Shown here: positions 52,841 through 64,000 of the stretch, piece after piece | Layout of the letters: each line of letters starts with the position of its first letter | Position numbering within the stretch: the stretch's first letter is position 1 | DNA from: Octopus vulgaris | Lineage: Eukaryota | Assembly: GCA_951406725.2 (NCBI GenBank) | Contig: OX597820.1 | Coordinates: 24,428,001-24,492,000 of the forward strand | Direction of reading: 5' to 3' | Length of the DNA: 64,000 nt | Notes under the pieces: generated by a model | What the model was told of the DNA's origin: nothing | The model's database searches: none | The model's input: the letters and a program-made list of their open reading frames with translations, nothing else | Position numbers and translations under genes: made by a program

Positions 52841-53423
52841 GTTTAAATAATTTGTATGATACAGAAACATAACCGAATTATTGCAAACAAACTTCAGCAA
52901 CAAAGTCTTACATGGACTTCCAATGGTCATAAGGCTCCTGTTTGAGAAGCAATGTAGGCCTATTAGGCTTAGGGTTAAAGTGACTCAAGCTTTGATGGAA
53001 TCGTTTTTCCTTTTTGGCAGTCATCGTATGTCTAATTTAGTAAAATAGACGTAAAAGGAATACTGTGATATGTAGTTGAGAAGAATGAAATTAAAGTTGA
53101 CAATCGTGAAATTAAAGAGACACAGCAAAGTTTTACTTCTCTTTAATTTAACTCCTGTCAACTTTTCTCTGAAGAAGGACAATAACCGAAATGGTGAATT
53201 TTCTACTCACCACTTTTTGTCGATTTTACCAAATAATATAAGTCTCGCCGACGAAGACCAACACCGGTCTCTTCAGAGTCTACTTGGTTGTATTTTTAAG
53301 TCTGCATCAACCTAGAGATCTCAATTTAAGGCGGCAAGTTGTTATGTTCTATGGGCGGTTTGGCTACTTTTTCCAGCAGACTGAACGGCCACCTAGATGA
53401 TCCTTTGCTTCAATTGATACAGA

Positions 53424-53837
53424 TAGGCGCAGGAGTGGCTGTGTGGTAAGTAGCTTGCTAACCAACCACATGGTTCCGGGTTCAGTCCCACTGCGTGGCA
53501 TCTTGGGCGAGTGTCTTCTGCTATAGCCCCGGGCCGACCAATGCCTTGTGAGTGGATTTGGTAGACGGAAACTGAAAGAAGCCTGTCGTATATATGTATA
53601 TATATATATGTGTGTGTGTTTGTGTGTCTGTGTTTGTCCCCCTAGCATTGCTTGACAACCGATGCTGGTGTGTTTACGTCCCCGTTACTTAGCGGTTCGG
53701 CAAAAAGAAATCGATAGAGTAAGTACTGGGCTTACAAAGAATAAGTCCCGGTGTCGATTTGCTCGACTAAAGGCGGTGCTCCAGCATGGCCGCAGTCAAA
53801 TGACTGAAACAAGTAAAAGAGTAAAAGAGTAAAGAGT
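53424..53837 (+). mobile_element. SINE family A, full length (tRNA-like head, CORE-like centre, internal microsatellite, LINE-like tail)
   Basis: A-box-like gtggctgtgtggt, B-box-like gggttcagtccc, centre (ac)cttgggcaagtg reminiscent of the CORE domain, tail ending (gtaaaaga)n. Confidence 0.92.
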
Positions 53838-54301
53838 ATAAGTTATCTCTCAGAAAATGCTTCGTGTTCGTGACAACAATATTCTCCATTTAGCCTCACC
53901 ACCAGTCTATATCATGCACCATGATTCTGGAACTGAACTACAGCAGCATCCGCTATTTAGACCAAGCTACATTTCTGCACGCTGCTACTAGCTTAAATCA
54001 TTGGACGTCGGCCATACTTGGACACCGCCTAAAAGGGTTTAATCGATCATATCTACTCTATATATATTTCAGTCTGGTACACATTTTATCGTCCTCTATT
54101 TGCCGAATCGTTATGACTCGTCATTAATCTAATCGTTTCTACTAGAAACCATTAGAAAGTAGAAAAGAAAATAGTTTAAGAGTACAGTAGAATAGAAAGC
54201 TTTTACAGGTTGAAGCAATACAATCTACTGTATCGATTTGTAACGATTTCTATTGATTTTATATTTTAACAATAATGGGATCTGTTGATTTTTATTCATG
54301 T

Positions 54302-54728
54302 ATAGGCGCAGGAGTGGCTGTGTGGTAAGTAGCTTGCTTACCAACCACATGATTACGGGTACAGTCTCACTGCGTGACACCTTGAGCAAGTGTCTTCTAC
54401 TATAGCCTCGGGCCGTCTAAAGCCTAGTGAGTGGATTTGGTAGAAGGAAACTGAATGAAGCCCGTCGTATATTTATGTATATATGTGTATATATATATGG
54501 GTGTGTGTTTGTGTGTCTGTGCTTGTACCCCCCCCCCCCACCAACATCGCTTGACAACCGATGCTGGTGTTTTTACGTCCCCGTAACTTAGCAGTTCGGC
54601 AAAAAGAAATCGATAGAATAAGTACTAGGCTTACAAAGAATAAGTCTTGGGGTTGATTTGCTCGACAAAGCGGTGCTCCGGCATGGCCGGAGTCAAATGA
54701 CTTAAAAAAAGTAAAAAAGTAAAAGAGT
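54302..54728 (+). mobile_element. SINE family A, full length
   Basis: Colinear with 53424-53837. Confidence 0.92.
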
Positions 54729-54863
54729 ATATAACGTGTCTTCTATAGGGTCCTATTGTCTGTCTTATCCTTCTACTGCCCCGGGCCGAGCAAAGCCTTA
54801 CATGAAGATTTCGTTGATGGAAACTGAAAAACTCAGTCATATACAATAAAATGTAAGGTAATA

Positions 54864-55072
54864 TACGAGGGGAGTATGAAGAGTCTTGAGCCTCCAAAAA
54901 CAAAACAAGACTTCTGATGATTTATTTTTTAACATAGTCTCCCCCTTCGAAGGCTGAACACTGTCTCCAGCGGTGCTGGAGCGTCATTATTTCGGCGTAG
55001 AACTCTTTTGTTTGAGACTCCAAGAAACCTCCTACGGCGTCTATGACGTCATTGTCACTGGCAAAATGGTGA
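54864..55072 (-). mobile_element. Mariner transposon 3' end (TIR + transposase C-terminus)
   Basis: TA-CGAGGGGAGTATGAAGAGT TIR-like end; HFASDNDVIDAVGGFLESQTKEFY...LQHRWRQC...GDYVKK* matches the mariner C-terminal RWxxCxxxxGxYxE motif. Confidence 0.85.
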
Positions 55073-55814
55073 AAATATTTATGTGTGTTTGTGTGTGTGT
55101 GTGCGTGCACGCGCGTGTTTGGGTTTGTGTTTGGGCGTGTGCCCCCATTGCTTGACAATCAGTGTTGGTTCACTTATGTTCCCGTAACTTTACTGTTCGG
55201 GAAAAGAACCTTAGAATAAGAACCACACATTAAAAAAAGGGTACTGGTGTTTATTTGTTCAATTAAAAGTATTCAAGGTGGTGCTCCAGCATGATCGCAG
55301 AACAACGACGGAAACAAGCAAAAATTATGAAAAAAATAAACAAAAGAAAAACACACCAAAACAAATTAAATAACGTGAAACCACAAGCTAGCAAACCACA
55401 TACTTCAGAGAACCAATGTAATTTGTAAATTCGAATCTAAACATGAAAGTGTTAAGCTTTTGTATTGAAGCTGTTTTATCAGATTCACAAATACAAGATT
55501 TTGTCGTCGACTGGTCATGCATTGACTACAAAGAGCCATCAAAACTTATAATGATACAGTACATGAAATAAAATCGGATGGAAAAACATTTGTTGATAGC
55601 ATTACAGTTTAATATACAATTCTGCTGAAAATTAGAGTAACTATGTAAACTTCACTAAAAGCAAAATACTAACGAAAAATCAAAGCAGATTTTTCACTCA
55701 CACATAAAATAAAGCACGAATATGTGTGGTATAAAATTCAAATCTAGCACTGACGATTTTATCAGTTATAACTGTATTCCTACGATGCTTTGCGTTACAT
55801 TACATATCACGTGG

Positions 55815-56222
55815 TATGACTGACTGTTGAGGCATCATTGATGACCTTGCGACAAGATCCCCCCATCCATCTGTGTCTTCTGCCTCTTGCTCTGCATCAC
55901 TCATCTTCAGGCCTGTCCACTTACAGATGTTGTTTTCCCATCTCTTTGTTTGTATCTGTATCTGCTAACTTTGATTGTTCCTTGAAGTATTGTTTGACCA
56001 TCCCTGAAGAGCGGGTGACATGCCCAAGCCACCTGAGCTTGCATTTGTTTACTGTAAGAAGTTCCTTATAGGGTCCTATAGTCTGCCTTATCCTTCTTTT
56101 CACTCCCTCATTTGTGACACGATCTCTGTATGATATTCCCCAAAGTCTCCAGAAACATTTCATCTCCGTAGCATGGATTCGTCTTTCGATTTCTGCTGTC
56201 AGTGTCCATATCTCACAGAACA
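55815..56222 (-). mobile_element. RTE/BovB-like LINE 3' portion
   Basis: CEIWTLTAEIERRIHATEMKCFWRLWGISYRDRVTNEGV...KLRWLGHVTR, typical RTE post-RT motifs. Confidence 0.88.
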
Positions 56223-58380
56223 TGTTTTGCAACCTACTGCAAAAACGCGCGATCAGCACACCTTTATTTATCACCTTCGCTTCAATCTGACGATGAGACG
56301 GTAAGAGTCTTTAAACGTTGATTGCCAAATAGATTTAAGAAAGTTATTGTTCCAAACTACTCATAAGAAACTAATAATGAAATATGAAAAATGATTAATA
56401 CAAAAGATCGAATTCGAAAATAGATTTGTTTTCCTTAATATAACATATTCGAAAGAAAGTCTATATTCTATTTACACACACACACACAAACACCCCCCCC
56501 ACACACACACACATACATACACACACACACATACATACACACACTCACTCACACACACAAACATTTATGTAATATGTCGATATGAATACCATGCATACAT
56601 TTACTTGTATTGTATAACAACACAATATATACAAGTAGATATCCATTAAAAATCTAATTAAAATTTGTCCAAATATTCATATTGATAGTTTGCTCGAATA
56701 AAAACTGTTCAGACTTATGGGAATTTCATGATGGTCAGACATGAAACTTATTGTGTTTTTTTTATATATAACTCTACAGAACGTAATTTACAACAAATAA
56801 ATAAAATATAAAATAAAATTGATGTTAATACGGAACAGAAGAGCAACTTACAGACTCCCTAAGAGAAATAACCATGTTTGAACATAACATTTTAAAATAC
56901 TACGCCTCCAGGTGGAAGGAGCCATCAGATGGTATTCTATTTATAATGTTCTAATACATAAGAGAGCTATATGTTCTCCATGTGTAAATAATTACTTTGT
57001 GAAAAAGTGTTCGATATTGCAACATCGAGTACTCTGCAACAAAAGATATCGAATTACATATATTACAAGCAATAACTAGAACACACAAACACACAGGCGC
57101 ACACACATGCACAAACATAAACACATACATATGTACAGATACACATATATTGGACACAGACACAAGCATACACAGATACAGACACATACACATTGGAGGC
57201 GGAGATGATTTTATAAATCAAGAATTTTTGCTGAATAGTATTTCTCATGCAACTATTTGTCTATGTTATTCAAATACATGTTACTGGCTATTCCCCTTAC
57301 CTCACTTTTATTTATATACACCATATCTATATCTATCTATACACACACACACACACACACGCAGACACATGCATATATATATCATATAATAAAACAGAGC
57401 TTGTGTGTGAGTGTGTGTATGTGCGTGTTTGTATGTGTATGTGTGTATGCGCATATTCCTTGTGGATTAGAAAGCTGAGTTGCCGATTTTGACATATGTG
57501 TTATCAAAAATTCAGTAATCTTTCGGTTACAAAATAAAGTTTATTTTACACAACTCTTTTTTTACTACAAAAATAGCCTCGAAAACGAGGTCAGGTCGCA
57601 TAATTTTGAGATCCTAAGCTAAGGGAGGGAACTCTGCCTGAACAATCTTTGTCTTAGATAGAACATAATGATAAATGATAATGATAAAATATTTAAAATA
57701 CATGGAGTTTTACCAAGGAATGAAACCTTTATTTTTATTATTTAGTATTTATTAGTATTTTTAAGCAGATAGTCTTTTCATGTGAAGTATGTTTGTCTGT
57801 ATTTTGTATAGCTCAGAGTGGCCTCTGATGTAGTAGAACCATCGTATAGCTGTATCTTTCTTATGATGAAAGAATGTGTTTTAAGAGAGATTTAGCAGCT
57901 ATTTGTAAGAGCTCAAGTCACCACAGACACACCTGTGTTTGTGTGTTTTGTTGTGGTGGAAACAAAAAAAATTCCTCAGGATGGTTTTCACAATAATGTT
58001 TAAAGACGTCTGGACATCTTTCGTACTGCTAACCATTCAACTTCGAATTACAATTGTTAATTGCTGGAAGTCAAACAGACTGAGATGTACATATAGTGTT
58101 ATCGTATAGAGTGGAAGTTCAATACAAAGTTTTGAACTCATTATCTTATGGTTAAATTTGAAGTCATTAAGTCTTTAAACATTATTTTACTGTGTTTAAT
58201 ATTTCGATTGTCACAATGATGGGGTATCACCTTCAAAAATTTAATTGATCATGCTGATCAGACAGTCCCAAGGCTTCTTTTGTACATAGCATGAGTTACA
58301 TATAGAATCTGAAACATAAAAATGTCAATTAATAAGAAAACAGAAAACGATGTTTTATGGGGTATCTGTTTACTTCTAAC

Positions 58381-58440
<60 letters not shown>

Positions 58441-58442
<2 letters not shown>

Positions 58443-58812
58443 TTTATTCTTTTACTTGTTCCAGTCATTTGACTTCGGCCATACAGGAGCACTGCCCTTA
58501 AGGGTTTTGGTTGACAAATCGACCCCAAGTCTCATTTTTTAAAGCCTAGTACTTATTCTATTGGTATCTTTGCCGAAGCGCTAGGTTACGGGGACATAAA
58601 GACACCAAACGGGGATGGGGGAGACAAACACACACACAGACACACATATATATACGTTGGGCTTCTTTCAGTTTCTATCTACCAAATCCACATACAAGTC
58701 TTTGGTCAGCACGAAGTTAAAGTAGAAGATACTTGCCCAAGGTACCATGCAATGGGTCTGAATCTGAGACCAAGTGGTTGGGAAGCAATCTTCTTACCAA
58801 TCAGTCACGCCT
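58441..58812 (-). mobile_element. SINE family A, diverged
   Basis: Tail through head colinear with the reverse complement of the 53424 copy. Confidence 0.85.
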
Positions 58813-58817
58813 TCGAT

Positions 58818-58893
<76 letters not shown>

Positions 58894-59684
58894 GCGCGTA
58901 CACATACACACACATACAGAGACATACACACGTACACACGTACACACATATTCCAACGTAAATACGTATAATTTAGAACGTTGGCTATGTCTAATTTTCT
59001 CAATATATCTCATCTCATGATAATTATTTAATCACAAATTCATTATTAGTAAAATTCTAAGGATAGCTGTTATCACATATGAAATAATGCATGCAATACG
59101 TATGTCTATATGTATGTATGCATGAAGGTATGTATATATGTGCATATAGATGTATGCATGTATGTGTGCACACACACACATACACACACACTCACGCACA
59201 CACACGCGTACAGACAGAGTAAGAGAGGAACAGGAGACACACAGTCAAGAACAAACGTACGCGAAGATTGCTGGCTATTTTTCAACATAAGACCGGATAA
59301 ATATTCCCAATAGTTAAATTTAGCTTAACATGACATCAAACCAATCAACAATTTAAATATTACAACTCCTCCTTTCCCCTGTCTTCATTCTCGCGTTCTG
59401 TACGCGCGTATGAACATATGTATGTGTATGTATGCTAATCTATCTGTCTGTCTATCTATATCTATATCTATCTATATATCTATATCTATCTGTATATCTG
59501 TATCTATATATCTATATCTATCTATATATCTATATCTATATATCTATCTATATCTATATATCTATCTATATATCTATATCTATATATCTATCTATATATA
59601 TATATCTATCTCTCTATCTCTCTATCTCTCTATTTCTCTATTTCTCTATATCGCTATCTTTCTATCTCTCTATATCTCTATATT

Positions 59685-59731
<47 letters not shown>

Positions 59732-60493
59732 ATTCATATTCCTCTGTGTGTATGTATTTACTTTTATATATATATATCTATGAGTATGTGTGTGCGCGCG
59801 TGTATGCGTGTGTGTGTGTATCTATCTATCTATATATATATCATTCACACACACACATATATATACACACATGTATGTATGTATGTTTCTCTATTTTTCT
59901 ATATATATATATACCCGAGTGAGTGAACAAACGAAGAATGTAGTACACAACCCATTTTGTTAGCGTTCAATTATCTAATATGTATTTCATAACAGTCGTT
60001 CAATCCATTACCATATCGACCGCCAAGTAGATTAGATCTCGCTTCCGCGCTCACAAATTTCGGACGCCTGAGATTATCTAATAATCCTATAAGGCAATCA
60101 TTCCACTTTGCATTGAATATTGCCATATTTGCACTGGTACAACCTCTGAGTGCCTTTTACTCCCTTGGAGTGAAAGTCACGCAGCGTATCATAGAAATGT
60201 CCCTTAGTTCTGTCTTACCCATAAGTATTTATTTGGTTATTCCTCTGATGAACCTTTTGGTCTTGTATCCTCTATGAAAACCTTTAAACCTGTTTCTCCT
60301 TCTCTTCCCAGGCGCCTCGTACCTCTTTTGTGCTTCCTGTTAAACATATGTACTTTCATTCTAATATTTCCTTCTCTCAAACTCGTGCTCTCTGGAACAC
60401 ACCACCGTTGTCTGCTCTCCCTCTTTCTCTCGTTTTTGATCATTCAGTTATTTAAGCTTTCTGTCTTGAAGTCGTTGGCTCCTTCTATGTATG

Positions 60494-60547
<54 letters not shown>

Positions 60548-60622
60548 CATACATATATATATATATATACATAAATACATACATATATATACATAAATAC
60601 ATACATACATACATATATATAT

Positions 60623-60697
<75 letters not shown>

Positions 60698-60704
60698 TAT
60701 ATAC

Positions 60705-60853
60705 GCGCGTACGAGTGGCTGTGCGGTAAGTAGCTTGCTTACGAACCACATGGTTCCGGGTTCAGTCCCACTCCGTGGCACCTTGAGCAGGTGTCTTCTA
60801 CTATAGCCTCGTGAGGGGATTTGGTAGACGGAAACTGAAAGAAGCCCGTCGCA

Positions 60854-60855
<2 letters not shown>
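60705..60855 (+). mobile_element. SINE family A head/central region
   Basis: gagtggctgtgcggtaagtagcttgc...gaaagaagcccgtcg. Confidence 0.88.
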
Positions 60856-60889
<34 letters not shown>

Positions 60890-60891
<2 letters not shown>

Positions 60892-61015
60892 ACATCAATA
60901 AGACGTTCAGGGAAGGAAAGAAAGAATGTTTTACATTTCGAGCAAAGCTCTTCTTCAGACAGTTGAAGACAGTTGTAAGTCCCCAAAAAAGTAAGACGGA
61001 GGTAAAAAATCGTTA
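60890..61015 (-). mobile_element. Probable PLE pLTR remnant with hammerhead-like core
   Basis: Minus: CTGAAGA-AGAGC-TTT-GCTC-GAAAT-GTA (60958-60932); same family as 19128-19325. Confidence 0.55.
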
Positions 61016-61553
61016 CGTATAAGGACTCATATACATACCCACAAACTTGCACGGACATGCAATCTCACACATCATGAGGAGCACATTCACGTAATCGAAA
61101 ACACCCGGATACTTGTACACACTTACCCCGCCTCTACATTTATATCTATTCTTAAATAACATCATGCACCATCGTGCATGTTTTTTTAAAGATTCTCTTA
61201 AATCCAATTTATCTCTTCTGAATATACAATAAAATATCAATATTTATTACAAGTATATCCAAGCAATATTTCAGATGGACACAAACACATGATCGCAGTT
61301 TTATGTATGTATGTATGTATGTATGTATGTATGTATGTATGTATGTATGTATGTATGTATGTATGTATGTATGTATGTATGTATGTATGTATGTATGTAT
61401 GTATGTGTGTATGCATGTATATATGCATGTGAGTATTTATGGATGCATGCATGCATGTATGTTCAATTTTGATTTTATTGTCTTCTCCATCAAACTGAGC
61501 TCTCTCTTTTTTACTAAATGTAGATTACTATGAGCACCCGATCTCTGTATTCT

Positions 61554-61587
<34 letters not shown>

Positions 61588-61629
61588 CTATATGTATTTA
61601 TATATAGATATAGGTGATGTTTATACATA

Positions 61630-61950
61630 AGCGCATGAGTGGCTGTGTGGTAAATAGCTTGTTTACCAACCACATGGTTCCGGATTCAGTCCCACTTCGT
61701 GGCACCTTGGGCAAGTGTCTTCTACTATAACCTCGGGCCGACCAAAGCATTGTGAGTGGATTTGGTAGACGGAAACTGAAAGAAGCCCGTCGTATATATG
61801 TGTATATATATGTATGTGCGTGTATGTTTTTGAGACCGATAGAATAAGTACTGGGCTTACAAAGAATAAGTCCCGGGGTCGAGTTGCTCGATTAAGGGCG
61901 GTGCTCCAGCATGGCTGCAGTCAAAATGACTGAAACAAGTAAAAATAAAA
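61630..61950 (+). mobile_element. SINE family A with internal deletion
   Basis: Head, centre and 3' tail present. Confidence 0.9.
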
Positions 61951-61973
61951 AAAATAAAAATAAAATAAACATA

Positions 61974-62007
<34 letters not shown>

Positions 62008-62011
<4 letters not shown>

Positions 62012-62122
62012 CTTTATGCCCACAGGGGCTAAACATAAAGGGACGAACAAGGACAGACAAAGGGATTAAGTATTACACGACCATATAATTTATCGACCCC
62101 GAAAGGATGAAAGGCAGTCGAC
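62008..62122 (-). mobile_element. SINE family B partial body
   Basis: cccacaggggctaaac...ttatcgaccccgaaaggatgaaaggca. Confidence 0.8.
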
Positions 62123-63036
62123 CTATATTATATATATATATATTTATATAACGTATATATAGGTGAATATATATATATAGGTGAATATAGGTGTCTATAC
62201 ATATACATATATAGACACATACACACATATATACAAACATTTTGTTCTTACTTGAACACGAAGCTGTATATATGTGTGTGTATGTGTGTGATGTGTGTGT
62301 GTATGCGTGTGTGTGTATGAAGGCACGTGTTTAGGGCATTCATACACAAACACACGCACACCCATCACACACACACACACGCATACACACACACATCACA
62401 CACATATATGCACACACATACACACACACATATACAGCTGTTCAAGTAAGAACAAAATATACAAACATACATACATACATACAAGCGTACAAATACGTAC
62501 ATAAGCATCAATACTTACAATAAAAAAAGACAGGCAGAGATACATATTGGTGCATACTAACATAAATACACACACACACACTCAAACACACACACACAAA
62601 CACACACACACAGCAATGCCACACACAAACGCATATTCTGCTGACGCTACCCCTCGCCCATCCGTTCACCCTTACTGTTTATCATACTGCTGACACCACC
62701 ACCAACACCAACACCACCACCACCAAAACCACCATTACGTCGCCCATCAGTTCCGCCAACCCGACTAGTATGTACTACAAGTGTCTATACACATATACTA
62801 ACTTTCATGATTAGTTAAAAGCAAAGAAAACAAAACAACATGTATGTTGGGTAAAAAAATAATAAAATAAAATAGGAAATAAAATAATTTGTTTAAAAAA
62901 AAAAAAAATAAAAGCCAAGGAAAAATATCTTAATGGTTATTGACAACAACAAGAACAACAGCAACAGTAGCAGCAACAACATCAACAACAACAACAACAA
63001 GAAAAAACGACAATGGCGAAAGTGTTCAAAGAATTG

Positions 63037-63080
<44 letters not shown>

Positions 63081-63098
63081 CATACATATATATACATA

Positions 63099-63132
<34 letters not shown>

Positions 63133-63769
63133 CATACATATATACATACATACATACTTACATACATATATACATACATATATACATACATACACACGCA
63201 CACGTACACACATATATATAAAGAAAACAAAAATAAAAAAAACAAAATAAGTTCTAAAATATATAAGAAAAATAAACACTAAAGCTACGTACAGCAACAG
63301 CCTCGATATCCTGTCACATCACCTCCGTCATCACCCTCACACAAAAACCAAAACAACCGACTCACCAACCAGCCAGCCAGCCAACAAACCGACAAACCAA
63401 CCAACAAACCGACCAACAAACCGACCAACCAACCAACCAACCATCTAACCGTACGACCAACCGACCAACCATCTATCCGATCATCTAAATCCATTTTGAA
63501 AAGCGAGATTTGCCTATGTTCAATACACTTAGCTTTAAGTACTTAGTGAAGTTTGGATCCAATTCTTTTAATGCCCGAATCGATACACTCAACATTTGTA
63601 CTATTTTTTACACCACCACCACCACCACTCTCCCTCTACCAGACGAACTGACGACGCTTCAGTCACGGACTAAATCTGCAAGAAATAACAGTGAAATGTC
63701 CCTCGCGAAACATTACTATCTTACCGAAAATGAAACACTGAATAACAGGGTGGGGATATAAAAATGAGA

Positions 63770-64000
63770 GTTTCAACCCTGATTGCTTTATATGTTCATG
63801 GGTTGTCTAGGATTGATTACACAGAACGCCTATCTTGCTCAGCATATAAATCTCCCGGAAACCGTTCAGAAACGTGCAACAAAACGAATGCCTGTCGACA
63901 AGCATCTACCATACTCTTAACGTATTGTTTTCCTGGGCATGGACACTTCGAAGCTCAGACATCTGGCAACTGACTTGACAGACACCCACAAGATTATCCA
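63770..64000 (+). pseudogene. Degenerate CR1-type LINE ORF2 fragment, runs off the window
   Basis: PYLAQHINLPETVQKRATKRMP...LPYS*RI..LG.....LR.LATDLTDTHKII matches CR1 LExVQRRATK...Y.ERL..L.L..L..RR...DL....KI. Confidence 0.8.

Noticed and set aside
53424-53500. tRNA gene-like A/B boxes (also the other SINE heads)
   Set aside because: Continuous with SINE bodies, no convincing cloverleaf, and many diverged copies.

Overview
AT-rich, microsatellite-dense eukaryotic DNA in which I recognise no host protein-coding gene. Most ORF-track entries are translations of simple repeats. The repeat families resemble those of octopus (coleoid cephalopod) genomes; this is an inference, not a search result. 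The window holds several tRNA-derived SINE families; truncated non-LTR retrotransposons (R4/Dong-like RLE copies in (TAA)n, RTE 3' ends, CR1/L2-group 3' ends); Penelope-like element (PLE) remnants, including two GIY-YIG fragments; Tc1/mariner and other TIR MITEs; a probable non-autonomous Helitron; and a Gypsy-like integrase relic. The most notable signal is a set of hammerhead-ribozyme-like cores (CUGANGA...GAAAC...GUH) in short (TA)n-embedded fold-back elements. The best is a perfect 58-bp-arm palindrome at 4991-5111 that encodes a complete type I hammerhead on both strands, with a near-identical sister copy at 48860-49027. Other items are a SINE/LINE shared 3' stem-loop with compensatory changes, a trimeric SINE inserted as one unit with a 17-bp TSD, and many local fold-back inversions. 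Coordinates were read by eye, so ends of degenerate elements are approximate.
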